Source: Bythopirellula sp. (GTDB lineage: Bacteria; Planctomycetota; Planctomycetia; Pirellulales; Lacipirellulaceae). From it: a stretch of 64,000 nucleotides of DNA. Under the pieces are notes generated by a model. The model was not told where the DNA came from. It did no database searches and saw only the letters and a list, made by a program, of their open reading frames with translations. This document shows, piece by piece, positions 1 through 9,250 of this stretch (positions are counted from its first letter, which is position 1; each line of letters opens with the position of its first letter). The DNA lies in contig OZ244170.1 in the NCBI GenBank assembly GCA_965216565.1, forward strand, positions 832,001 through 896,000, given 5' to 3'. A program made the translations under genes and the position numbers.

Positions 1-180
1 CTCGAACCGAGTCGGGTGAGTTACCTCGCACTCGCGGCAGGCAAGCTTGGTCCCATCGACGAGCATCTGATCGACCAACGCGGCGAACCCTGGCAACCGC
101 TGACCTCGGCATTCAAAATCCTCGACAAACCCCACCTTCGGCAATTGAGAGCAACCCCCGATGGGCCGCTGGTGACATAA
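1..180 (+). CDS. 3' end of a CDS truncated by the window edge, function unknown
   Basis: Frame 1 is open from base 1 (LEPSRVSYLALAAGKLGP...DGPLVT) to TAA at 178-180; no motif recognised. Confidence 0.45.
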   Translation, partial: LEPSRVSYLALAAGKLGPIDEHLIDQRGEPWQPLTSAFKILDKPHLRQLRATPDGPLVT

Positions 181-224
181 CGATTCTCTTTAGTGACAAT
201 TGGCTTGGCTGTTAGTTTCTTTTT

Positions 225-253
225 TTGAACAGGAGGGAACTGAGGGAACGGAG
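225..253 (+). repeat. Left arm of imperfect inverted repeat flanking the GxxExxY gene (9-bp GAGGGAACN units)
   Basis: TTGAACAGGAGGGAACTGAGGGAACGGAG matches the reverse complement of 752-780 at 25/29 positions, first 16 identical. Confidence 0.85.
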
Positions 254-285
254 CGAAGGCCCAAGATTAATCCTACTTGCACGGA

Positions 286-691
286 CTACTCCAAATTTGC
301 TCCCGGTAACATCAAACGTGATACACCCTCAGTCAACTTTGGAACATTGAAGTTGATGATCAAGCCAAGTGGAATATCAAGTAATTTCATATAGCTGAGC
401 AATTGAGCCTTATGAATTGGATGAACAGCTTCTACCGCTTTGGCCTCCACAAGTAAGCATTGGTCAACCAAAAGATCGAATTTTAGCGGGGCTTCTCGCT
501 GGAACTGCTTATATCGAATTGTCACGCAGTCTTGTCTTTCAACTGCGTGATCTCGTAGTTCTAACTCCATAGTTAAGCACCACTCATAAATCGACTCGAG
601 TAAGCCCGGTCCTTTATCCCTGTGCACCTCGATCGCTGCACCAATAACGTCGTGGGTTTTTTCTGATGCTTGTTGAAATAAAGGGGTGCAT
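286..691 (-). pseudogene. GxxExxY protein (PD-(D/E)XK nuclease-like) with a +1 frameshift just after its probable ATG
   Basis: GPGLLESIYE motif, FDLLV...VEAKA, QLLSY...GLIINF. ATG at 691 has an AAGAGG RBS but is out of frame by one C in a C4 run (683-686); removing it gives MHPLFQQASEKTHDVIGAAIEVHRDKG. An in-frame GTG ORF runs 286-627. Confidence 0.8.
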
Positions 692-751
692 TCAAGAGAC
701 CTCTTATGGCTAGGAGAACAGGGAAACCCGAGTTAACCAGGAAATCCTATC

Positions 752-780
752 CTCTGTTTTCTCCGTTCCCTCCTGTTCAA
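752..780 (-). repeat. Right arm of inverted repeat flanking the GxxExxY gene
   Basis: Reverse complement reads TTGAACAGGAGGGAACGGAGAAAACAGAG. Confidence 0.85.
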
Positions 781-1070
781 TCAACCCTTCGCCAATCAAC
801 GAATAAATGTGAGGCCTTAGTTTGAGACAAATTCTACTCCTGGAGGTACATCAAAGCACTGTTCTTCGCAAAGTACTTCTCAACCCAGTACGATCGTCAC
901 AAGCCGCACATTGCAATCGAACTCGTGGCTTCTAAGAGAGTAGTCGGCGAACTTGCGGCGTCTTTGCAACATGTGAGCTATGTTTACATGACGCAACGGC
1001 GAACGAATAGAGAAAGTCTGCGAGCACTAATTGCTCCATTCCCCCCAGGCACTATGTAGGAATCACGGCG

Positions 1071-2387
1071 ATGACCAAACTAGACGCATCCTTGCCGAAC
1101 GAAAACAAAGAAGCTGAGTTCGAGAAACTCAAGCAAAGCATCCATTCCAAGTTGGTCGATAAGCTCGACCTTTCGCATGTCGGCGAATTGGAAGGTGACG
1201 TTTTGCGACGCGAAATCCGCCTGGTCGTCGAGCATTTGTGCGATACCGAGAATACATTTCTCAATCGCAATGAGCGAGATCGCCTCATCGACGAAGTTCT
1301 CGATGAAACGTTCGGTCTAGGCCCACTCGAAATGCTGCTGAAAGACCCGCAGATCAGCGAAATCATGATCAACGGTCCCAAGAATGTTTTCGTTGAAAAC
1401 AGTGGCCAGCTGGAGAAAACCGGCGTCAAGTTTCGCGACGATAAGCATCTGATGCAAATTATCGACCGCATCGTTTCCAAGGTTGGACGTCGTGTCGATG
1501 AAGTGTGCCCGATGGTTGATGCCCGTCTTCAAGACGGTTCTCGTGTGAATGCAATCATCCCGCCTTTGGCACTCGACGGCCCGAGCGTGACGATTCGTCG
1601 CTTCGGTTCGAATCCGCTCAAGCTGGAAGACTTGCTGAATTACAAGAGTATGACGCCCGAGATGGTCATGCTGCTCGAAGGAGCCATGAAATCTAGGTTG
1701 AACATTATTATTTCTGGCGGTACTGGTTCTGGTAAAACCACGCTGCTCAATACGCTGTCCAGCTTCATCGACAACGAAGATCGTATTGTGACGATCGAAG
1801 ACGCGGCTGAGCTCCAATTGCAGCAAAGCCACATCGTTCGCCTGGAAACCCGACCACCGAATATCGAAGGCAAGGGTAAGATTTCAGCGACCGACCTGGT
1901 TCGCAACTGTTTGCGTATGCGTCCCGACCGGATCATCATCGGCGAATGTCGTGGTCCTGAAACATTGGACATGCTGCAAGCTATGAACACGGGTCATGAC
2001 GGATCATTGACCACTTGCCACGCAAATACGCCTCGCGATGCAATCGCACGACTCGAAACCATGATTATGATGTCTGGTTTTGAGATGCCAGTCCGGGCGA
2101 TGCGAACACAAATCGCCAGTGCCGTCGATCTGATCGTCCAGGTCAACCGACTTTCGGGTGGACCACGTAAAGTCACAGCCATTACCGAAATCATGGGTAT
2201 GGAGCAAGACACCATCGTCATGCAAGACATCTTCACCTTCCAGCAAGAAGGTGTTGGCGAAGATGGCCGAGCTACTGGTTACTTCCACGCGAGTGGAATT
2301 CGACCGAGCTTCATTCCGCGACTGGAAGCCCACGGCGTCCGTTTGCCGGCAAGTGCCTTCCGCGAGCGGATCATGCTTCGCGATTGA
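1071..2387 (+). CDS. tadA: Tad pilus assembly ATPase CpaF/TadA
   Basis: Walker [41 protein letters not shown]; upstream of tadB/tadC. Confidence 0.95.
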   Translation: MTKLDASLPNENKEAEFEKLKQSIHSKLVDKLDLSHVGELEGDVLRREIRLVVEHLCDTENTFLNRNERDRLIDEVLDETFGLGPLEMLLKDPQISEIMINGPKNVFVENSGQLEKTGVKFRDDKHLMQIIDRIVSKVGRRVDEVCPMVDARLQDGSRVNAIIPPLALDGPSVTIRRFGSNPLKLEDLLNYKSMTPEMVMLLEGAMKSRLNIIISGGTGSGKTTLLNTLSSFIDNEDRIVTIEDAAELQLQQSHIVRLETRPPNIEGKGKISATDLVRNCLRMRPDRIIIGECRGPETLDMLQAMNTGHDGSLTTCHANTPRDAIARLETMIMMSGFEMPVRAMRTQIASAVDLIVQVNRLSGGPRKVTAITEIMGMEQDTIVMQDIFTFQQEGVGEDGRATGYFHASGIRPSFIPRLEAHGVRLPASAFRERIMLRD

Positions 2388-2460
2388 TCGAAGAGTTTAG
2401 AAACGATAGCCGGTCGGGGAATCAGAGGGGGCCCCGGCTGGTTCTATACATAAGAGGATT

Positions 2461-2530
2461 GTGAATAGGTGAGTAAGTGAGCACAAGCACCGCTTGATCG
2501 GGACACCTGCTCACTTACGAACCTACTCAC
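2461..2530. repeat. Intergenic hairpin made of short tandem units
   Basis: 2461-2483 GTGAATAGGTGAGTAAGTGAGCA pairs with 2508-2530 (20/23). Confidence 0.75.
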
Positions 2531-2566
2531 ACCTGAGATTGCAAACGCAATAGCCATTTTGGCTAA

Positions 2567-2666
2567 GGAATCGAGGAAAAATCACTTTCCCTAAGTCCCT
2601 CGCCCCCTTAGGGGAGAGGTTAGGTGAGGGGAACAATAAATACCGAAGTGAGTTTTCCTCGATTCC
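2567..2666. repeat. 21-bp inverted repeat enclosing a CCCTC..GGGGAGAGG..GGTGAGGGG REP-like motif
   Basis: 2567-2587 GGAATCGAGGAAAAATCACTT vs reverse complement of 2646-2666 (20/21); inner motif at 2597-2631. Confidence 0.8.
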
Positions 2667-2708
2667 CAACTTAGAACCCACCAGCATACTTACTAACGAG
2701 AGTTGATC

Positions 2709-3674
2709 ATGCTACCTAGCGTATTGATCATTGGAGCGGTTTTCTTTGGCGTTGTCGCGCTGATTGTCGGCGTCGCGATGCTATTTCGAGATCAATCGCT
2801 CAATCAAATGGAAGACCGGCTCAATGCCATCACAGGCAAGGGCAAGAACGATCCGGGCAACCTATCGGAAGTCACGCAGCTTTTCTCTTCGCAGGTTGAA
2901 GGGAAGAACGCGTTCGAACGCGCGATGGCCAATTGGTTCAATCTGACCCTGCTGTTTGAGCAAGCCGAAGTCTCGATGTCGATTGCGTCGTTTCTTGGAA
3001 CCTGCTTGGGTTTCGGGCTGTTGTCGACTTTCGTCTGTACTTATTTGGGACTCAGCCTGGTAATCTCACCGATCGTCGGCGTGTGTTTCGGAGCCCTGCC
3101 ATTCTTTTGGGTCTTGTTCCGCCGCCGCAGTCGATTCAAGAAATTTGCCTCACAACTTCCCGAAGCACTCGAGCTTGTCGCCCGCGCTTTGCGTGCGGGG
3201 CACAGTCTGGCAGCTGGATTTCATTTAGTTGCCCAAGAGTCTTCCGATCCTATCGCTACAGAATTTGGCCGTGTGTTTGAAGAACAGAATCTGGGTGTTT
3301 CCATGGAAGAAGCACTTTTGAGTCTGACCGAGCGAATTCCCAACCTCGATCTTAAGTTCTTTGCCACTGCCGTCATCCTCCAACGCCAAACGGGTGGTGA
3401 TCTTGCCGAAATCCTCGATAAGATTGGACATCTGATTCGCGAACGATTCAAGATTTGGGGCCAGGTCCAAGCACTCACCGGCGAAGGCCGACTATCGGGT
3501 ATCGTGCTTTTGGCTCTGCCTCCCGTGCTGTTTGTTACCGTCTATCGAATGAACCCCGATTACTTGATGCTGCTGTTCACAGACGACCTTGGCAAGAAGA
3601 TGCTCATCGGGGGCGTGATCTCGCAGTTGGTCGGTGCACTAGTAATTCGCAAGATCATCAACATACGAGTCTGA
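2709..3674 (+). CDS. tadB: Tad pilus assembly protein TadB (T2SS F family)
   Basis: QLPEALELVARALRAGHS, QRQTGGDLAEILD, LTGEGRLS; several TM helices. Confidence 0.92.
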   Translation: MLPSVLIIGAVFFGVVALIVGVAMLFRDQSLNQMEDRLNAITGKGKNDPGNLSEVTQLFSSQVEGKNAFERAMANWFNLTLLFEQAEVSMSIASFLGTCLGFGLLSTFVCTYLGLSLVISPIVGVCFGALPFFWVLFRRRSRFKKFASQLPEALELVARALRAGHSLAAGFHLVAQESSDPIATEFGRVFEEQNLGVSMEEALLSLTERIPNLDLKFFATAVILQRQTGGDLAEILDKIGHLIRERFKIWGQVQALTGEGRLSGIVLLALPPVLFVTVYRMNPDYLMLLFTDDLGKKMLIGGVISQLVGALVIRKIINIRV

Positions 3675-3675
3675 C

Positions 3676-4659
3676 ATGTATATTCTCCTAGCTGATTTGA
3701 TGACCAACCCGCTGATGATGAAGGTTGCCATTTTTGGCGCGGCTGCCGCCGCTGCCTGGTGGTTACTCGACTTCTTTGCAGGTCAAAAAACCCGTGCTGA
3801 AGAGCGCTTGGACGAAGTGCGCGAACCCAACTCGCGCAAGTTGGACCTAATTCGTGACGGCAAGAGCAAACCAAATGCCATGGCATCGGCCTTGGCCAAG
3901 GCCTCACCGGCATTGTCCAAACCGCTCCAGCCAAAGACAAGCGAAGAGGTCAGCAAGACCCGTGCTTCGCTCAATATGGCCGGCTTTCGCAGCGACAAGG
4001 CTCCCGAAATCTTCTGGTCGACCAAAATGATCGGCTTGGTTGTTGGTTTTGTTATCGGCGGTGGAGCATTGGTGCTTACCAAAGGTATTACGATCGACTC
4101 GCTGACCTACTCGGCGATCATCGGCGGCGTCATGTTCTTCCTCCCAGAAATTGTGGTTCGGCTCATCACCAAGAGCCGCCAAGACAATATGTTCTATGGT
4201 CTGCCGGATGCATTGGACCTGATGGTTGTTTGCGTCGAAGCTGGACTTGGTCTCGATCAAGCGATGCGTAAGGTGGCCGAAGAAATGAAGAAAAGCTACC
4301 GCGTTGTGGCTGAGGAATTCGGACTTTGCAACTTGCAAATCCAGATGGGCCGAGCTCGGAATGATGTGCTTCACGATCTGGGTGCCCGTACGGGTGTCGA
4401 CGACGTGAAAGCCTTAGCCGCGATCCTGATTCAAGCCGACAAGTTCGGTTCTAGCGTTGCCCAGGCACTTCGCGTACAGAGCGACTCCATGCGGACGCGT
4501 CGCCGCCAGTTGGCGGAGGAAAAGGCGGCAAAGACTGCCGTGAAACTTATTTTCCCGCTGGTACTGTTCATCTTTCCTGCAATTTTCGTTGTCCTGGTCG
4601 GCCCTGCTGCCATCACGATGATCAACGAACTGTTCCCATCCATGAATGGCGACCTGTAG
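3676..4659 (+). CDS. tadC: Tad pilus assembly protein TadC
   Basis: LPDALDLMVVCVEAGLGLDQA, QADKFGSSV, AEEKAAKTAVKLIFPLVLFIFP. Confidence 0.93.
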   Translation: MYILLADLMTNPLMMKVAIFGAAAAAAWWLLDFFAGQKTRAEERLDEVREPNSRKLDLIRDGKSKPNAMASALAKASPALSKPLQPKTSEEVSKTRASLNMAGFRSDKAPEIFWSTKMIGLVVGFVIGGGALVLTKGITIDSLTYSAIIGGVMFFLPEIVVRLITKSRQDNMFYGLPDALDLMVVCVEAGLGLDQAMRKVAEEMKKSYRVVAEEFGLCNLQIQMGRARNDVLHDLGARTGVDDVKALAAILIQADKFGSSVAQALRVQSDSMRTRRRQLAEEKAAKTAVKLIFPLVLFIFPAIFVVLVGPAAITMINELFPSMNGDL

Positions 4660-4896
4660 GGTAGATTTGACGTTCTTTGCAATCATTGGCTTCTAGAAGA
4701 GCTGCGCCCAAGGAATGCATCGTCTGATGAGATGCCCGTCAACTCGGTCAAGATGCCCTTCGGATTTTGAGCAATCGAACTGAATTGGGCAGGAAATTCC
4801 ACAGACTTTTTGACGTTTCCCCGATGCGATGGCTGCTTAATCGCCCTATCTCGTCTACCATGCTCCTGATAAGACCTTTCAGTACGGAGCATACAC

Positions 4897-6024
4897 GTGA
4901 ATTTCACAAATGACTTACTCTTCGCAGTCGCGGTGAGCCCATCCACCGAGCTGGAGCCGGGCAGCTACGGCCTGCTGATTTTTTATGCCCTGGTGGCCCT
5001 TGGGTTCTCGTTCCTCTGTTCGATTGCCGAGGCGGTGCTGCTGAGTGTGACTCCCTCTTATATCGCCACGCTCGGCGATGGAGCGGAACTGTCAGCGGCA
5101 CGGCTGAAACGAATGAAAGAGAATGTCGACCGTCCGCTGGCGGCAATTCTGAGCCTGAACACCATTGCCCACACCGTGGGAGCCGCAGGTGTCGGAGCGG
5201 AAGCGGCCGGCATTTGGGGAAACACAGCGGTCGGTTATGCCTCGGCTGTGATGACTCTGTTTATCTTGGTGCTCTCAGAGATCATCCCCAAGACCATCGG
5301 TGCCGTTTACTGGCGTGCACTGGGCCCAACGGTCGCCCGCGTGTTGGAGATCTTGATCTGGGTTCTGTATCCTCTGGTCTGGTTATCCGAGTTGCTGACG
5401 AAAATTATTGCTGGTGACGCGAAGCAAGAGATTGTCACGCGCGAGGAAGTGGCTGCAACTGCGGCGATGAGCACCCAAACGGGTGAGTTAGCGGAGAAAG
5501 AGCATCACATCCTTAACAATCTTCTCCGACTGCACTCGTTAACCGTGGAAGACGTCATGACTCCACGGACGGTCATCCTCAGTGCGCCCGAAACACAAAC
5601 GGTGGGAGAATTTCTCCACGACAATCCGAAGCTCCCTGTCACTCGTATCCCTGTCTATGACAATTCGATCGACGAAGTAACCGGCTTTATCCTCAGGCCC
5701 GAACTGCTCCTCGCTCAGGCTAAAAACGAATCCGACCGGCAGTTGAAATCTCTCCGCCGCCCGATCAAGTCCATCTCTCCCGGGGCATCACTTTCCGATG
5801 CGCTCGAACTTCTGCTGAACGAGCGTGAACACATCGCGCTGGTAGTGGATAGTTACGGGGGCACGGACGGCCTGGTGACGCTGGAAGATATTATCGAAAC
5901 CCTGCTCGGCATGGAAATCGTGGACGAGGCAGACGAGGCGGTCGACATGCAACGGCTCGCCCGCCGGCAATGGAAGCAGCGAATGGAGTCGATCGGCCTC
6001 GATGCGAGCGAGGAAGTCGAATAA
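4897..6024 (+). CDS. CNNM/CorC-HlyC family transporter (DUF21 + CBS pair)
   Basis: SFLCSIAEA, LSEIIPKTIG, VMTPR, RIPVY, VVDSYGGTDGLVTLEDIIE. Confidence 0.9.
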   Translation: MNFTNDLLFAVAVSPSTELEPGSYGLLIFYALVALGFSFLCSIAEAVLLSVTPSYIATLGDGAELSAARLKRMKENVDRPLAAILSLNTIAHTVGAAGVGAEAAGIWGNTAVGYASAVMTLFILVLSEIIPKTIGAVYWRALGPTVARVLEILIWVLYPLVWLSELLTKIIAGDAKQEIVTREEVAATAAMSTQTGELAEKEHHILNNLLRLHSLTVEDVMTPRTVILSAPETQTVGEFLHDNPKLPVTRIPVYDNSIDEVTGFILRPELLLAQAKNESDRQLKSLRRPIKSISPGASLSDALELLLNEREHIALVVDSYGGTDGLVTLEDIIETLLGMEIVDEADEAVDMQRLARRQWKQRMESIGLDASEEVE

Positions 6025-6182
6025 CCTGCCTCGGTGACACCCGGCTAAAGCTCGCACACAGACGTGATTGGGTAGCCTAGGTTGGCGGCAACGCCGCAAG
6101 AGATTCGCTACGTGATATGCGAGAAGCCTCTAGTGACTTTGTCACACCGGTAGACCTATCGGTCAACCGGTGGCACCCGTCT

Positions 6183-6360
6183 GGTGCCATGCCCAAGCTT
6201 GGTAAGCCCTCGCAAGACCATAGCACCTTGAGAGGCATGGCCACGCGGCTTGTCACCTACATGGGGTATGGGCATGTTGGAGAATTGGCAAGTCCGCTGA
6301 AGCTACCAATTGCTTCTGCGTGGCCATGACACCCTCACCTTGAAGAGTGGCCATCGCACC
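6183..6360. repeat. Degenerate REP-like palindromic cluster (GGTGCCATGCCC...GTGGCCATCGCACC)
   Basis: Ends are imperfectly complementary; internal CATGGCCACGC / GCGTGGCCATG and CATGCCC / GGGCATG pairs. Confidence 0.45.
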
Positions 6361-6562
6361 AAGGTAAAGTGGGAGGTATGGGTTGTCTGTGTGGGTTTCT
6401 CCAAAAGTAGCGCAGATCGGGGATCGGGTTGGTCGATAAACCCGTCGGACGTGAATTTTTCGCACTCTGTGCGCCTGGTAGTCCCGCGCTACCCTGGGCC
6501 GGAGGCAATGGAAAGCCGCGTTCTCACGAATCCCCGCGACCTACTTTTTAGGACCCCGAATC

Positions 6563-7198
6563 ATGAAGAGTCTCAGCCTTAGCGCTCTGGTAATGGCCCT
6601 GTGCCTGCTCTGCTTTCAATCTGCCGATGCCCAATGCGATTCATGTGCGGGCACGCAATACAATACAAATGTGGGCGGATGTCAGTCTTGTGGCTGCCAG
6701 CCGGGTTGTGGGTCCTACTCGGCCTGCGACTACTTCAAGGCGGGCTATACTGCCAACGTGGCCTGGCCAAGCCATTTCATTCCACCAGCACGCCGCGGTG
6801 TTTGCGATGCTTTTGCTGTGATGGCCAATAATGGTTGGCGACGTCAGAATCTACTGGGCGATTACCATTTCGAACCAGAGTCGAACAAATTGACTCGTGC
6901 GGGCGAAATGAAAGTCAATTGGATCCTCACCCAAGCTCCGGTTCAAAGACGCACCGTTTACGTTCAACGTGGAGCGGAAGAGTCTCAAACCTCGGCTCGC
7001 CTTGCTTCTGTAGAAAACTACGGTGGCACGATGAGCCCAGCCATTGCGAGTGTCGACGTCATGGACACCCACATTGTGGCTGAGGGCCATCGAGCTAGTT
7101 CAGTCGATAATATTTTCGTGGGCTACCAAGAGAATCGTCCACCACCTGTTCTCCCTGCAGCTAACAGCAGTGCCGGTAATTCCACTGCAGCCAATTAG
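6563..7198 (+). CDS. Secreted hypothetical protein with Cys-rich N-terminus
   Basis: Signal peptide ending ADA-Q; Cys/Gly-rich segment; NGWRRQNLLGDYHF block; co-oriented with the TPR gene. Confidence 0.75.
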   Translation: MKSLSLSALVMALCLLCFQSADAQCDSCAGTQYNTNVGGCQSCGCQPGCGSYSACDYFKAGYTANVAWPSHFIPPARRGVCDAFAVMANNGWRRQNLLGDYHFEPESNKLTRAGEMKVNWILTQAPVQRRTVYVQRGAEESQTSARLASVENYGGTMSPAIASVDVMDTHIVAEGHRASSVDNIFVGYQENRPPPVLPAANSSAGNSTAAN

Positions 7199-7251
7199 TA
7201 GAGCCTGTCCCAAGTTGGACAGGTTATCGAATCACCAAGGAGGGTGAGATC

Positions 7252-8253
7252 GTGCGAAACCAATGCCTAGCAACATGGATGTTGATAGCCGCTTCGGCCG
7301 GTTGTGCCATGCCAAATTTTCCTGGCATGTCGCCCCGCATGGCACAACAAGCCCCGCCCCAGCAACAATTGGCTGCGCGACCTGCACCTCAGGGTCCTAG
7401 CTTCACACAAAAAATCACCGGCATGATTCCGGGAATGCCGAGCCCTGGGGCGAAGCCTTCGTACGATGAGAAGGTGAACTCCAAGACCGATCCCATCGCT
7501 TTGGGCTATCCGCAAAGTCCTCCGACGGCAGAGCTTTATTTGTCGATGGCAGAGTTGAGCGATCAACGGGGCAACACCGATCACGCTCGCACCATGTACC
7601 AGCGTGCTCTCTCCATGCAGCCAAACAATCTCGATGCTCTGTTGGGGTTGGCCCGGATGGAAGACCGTGACGATCGTTTCGAGGTTGCAGTAAACGTCTA
7701 TCAACAGGCGATGAGAATGCACCCACAGAACGCCAAGGTCCTCAACGATTTGGCCCTGTGCCATGCTCGCAAGGGCCAGATGGAGCCTGCCTTTCAATTG
7801 CTCGATCGGGCGACTCGATTGGAACCCGGCAAAGCACGTTACCGCAACAACATTGCCAAAGTGCTGATTGAGATGAACCGTGTGGACGAAGCCGTCTCGC
7901 ATCTTGCCGCCGCCCATCCTCCGGCAATTGCCCAGTACAATATGGGCGTGCTGCTGGCAGAGCGGGGACGCAAAGACGAAGCGATTGGTTTTCTGACCGC
8001 TGCCACGCATATCGACTCGCAATTGCAACCAGCTAGCGCAATGCTTGCTCAGTTGCAAGGCTCCGCAACGCAAGTTGCCAAGGACGATGGGATTCTACCA
8101 ACTCCGATGGCAGCCCCGGTTGCCGCCATGGGAGGCGGAGGCTATCCCTCGACGGGCATGACTTCGCAACGGCCTCTGCCGATGAGTTTCCCAGCAGAAA
8201 CGGCTCAGGTGCCGGTGGGTAATTCGCCGTTGACATTGCCACCTGTACGCTAG
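7252..8253 (+). CDS. TPR-repeat lipoprotein, possibly TadD/pilotin-like
   Basis: Lipobox-like SAGC; several TPR repeats (ARTMYQRAL, NDLALCH, YNMGVLL); GGAGGG RBS. Confidence 0.85.
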   Translation: MRNQCLATWMLIAASAGCAMPNFPGMSPRMAQQAPPQQQLAARPAPQGPSFTQKITGMIPGMPSPGAKPSYDEKVNSKTDPIALGYPQSPPTAELYLSMAELSDQRGNTDHARTMYQRALSMQPNNLDALLGLARMEDRDDRFEVAVNVYQQAMRMHPQNAKVLNDLALCHARKGQMEPAFQLLDRATRLEPGKARYRNNIAKVLIEMNRVDEAVSHLAAAHPPAIAQYNMGVLLAERGRKDEAIGFLTAATHIDSQLQPASAMLAQLQGSATQVAKDDGILPTPMAAPVAAMGGGGYPSTGMTSQRPLPMSFPAETAQVPVGNSPLTLPPVR

Positions 8254-8286
8254 TGCGGTTGCGATCGTGTTGGCGTTCCAGGCAAG

Positions 8287-9171
8287 CTAAGCCTGTTTGC
8301 GCTGGGCAACCCGAAGCTTGGCGCTTCGCGCTCTAGGATTGGCAGCGCACTCATCATCACTGGGTCGCAGCGGTTTTCTGGTAAGCACTTCCAGTCGCTC
8401 GTCCTCTTTGAAGGCGTGTTTAACGAGGCGGTCTTCTAACGAATGAAAGCTGATAATAGCCAGCCGACCGCCGTCGGCGAGGAAGTCAGGGAATCCCGCC
8501 AGTGCTTTTTCCAGCGATTCTAGTTCACGGTTCACAGCAATCCGCAGGGCCTGGAACGTTCGCGTTGCCGGGTCGATCCGGTGGCCTCGACTTCTGGGGA
8601 CGCAGGAGCGAACGATCGCGGCCAATTGATCGGCTGTTCGGATGGGCGCTTGCTTTCGCGCTTCGATGATCCGCCGAGCAATACGTCGGCTATGCCGTTC
8701 TTCGCCGTAGTTGTAGATGAGATCGGCCAAATGCCGTTCGTTGATATAGCTCAAGACTTCCCAAGCCGGTTCCCCTTCGGTGGGATCAAATCGTAGATCC
8801 AACTCTCCCTCGGTCTGGAATCCAAAGCCACGCTCATCGTCTGCTAGTTGATCGCTGGAGAGACCCAGATCGAGCAAAATGCCATTGACCTTAGGGATTT
8901 CAACCTCGGCAAGTAGGGCAGGGAGGTCTGCGAAATTGGCTTGAGCCAGCGTAATCGGCAACTCACCGACGAGTGGCTGGACGCGATCGAGAGCCGCGGA
9001 GTCGAGATCCATCGAGAGGATGCGTCCGTCAGGCACAACCTCCTTGGCCAAGGCAAGCGTGTGCCCACCCCCGCCCATTGTGCCATCGACGATGGTATCG
9101 CCCGGCGTAGGTTGTAGGCAATCTATGACTTCCTCGAGCATGACAGGCACGTGGCAGGTGGGGTTTGGCAT
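8287..9171 (-). CDS. rsmH: 16S rRNA m4C1402 methyltransferase
   Basis: HVPVMLEEV, DGTMGGGGH, DLGLSS, PATRTFQALRIAVN, ISFHSLEDR, NPRARSAKLR. Confidence 0.96.
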   Translation of the reverse strand: MPNPTCHVPVMLEEVIDCLQPTPGDTIVDGTMGGGGHTLALAKEVVPDGRILSMDLDSAALDRVQPLVGELPITLAQANFADLPALLAEVEIPKVNGILLDLGLSSDQLADDERGFGFQTEGELDLRFDPTEGEPAWEVLSYINERHLADLIYNYGEERHSRRIARRIIEARKQAPIRTADQLAAIVRSCVPRSRGHRIDPATRTFQALRIAVNRELESLEKALAGFPDFLADGGRLAIISFHSLEDRLVKHAFKEDERLEVLTRKPLRPSDDECAANPRARSAKLRVAQRKQA

Positions 9172-9250
9172 TCTTTCGATTGTCTACTACCGCTTGGCAT
9201 TTTCAAATAGCCGATAGCCAATTCGGACGTTCATTGGTACGGTTGTTCCC

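Noticed and set aside
200..394. 64-aa ORF containing EQEGTEGTE
   Set aside because: The periodicity is just the translated repeat arm, and the ORF is antisense to the GxxExxY gene
7267..8073. Long antisense ORFs (268 aa here; also 32814-33527, 42983-43657, 45847-46506, 14207-14821)
   Set aside because: Shadow frames of well-supported genes in GC-rich DNA, with no motifs
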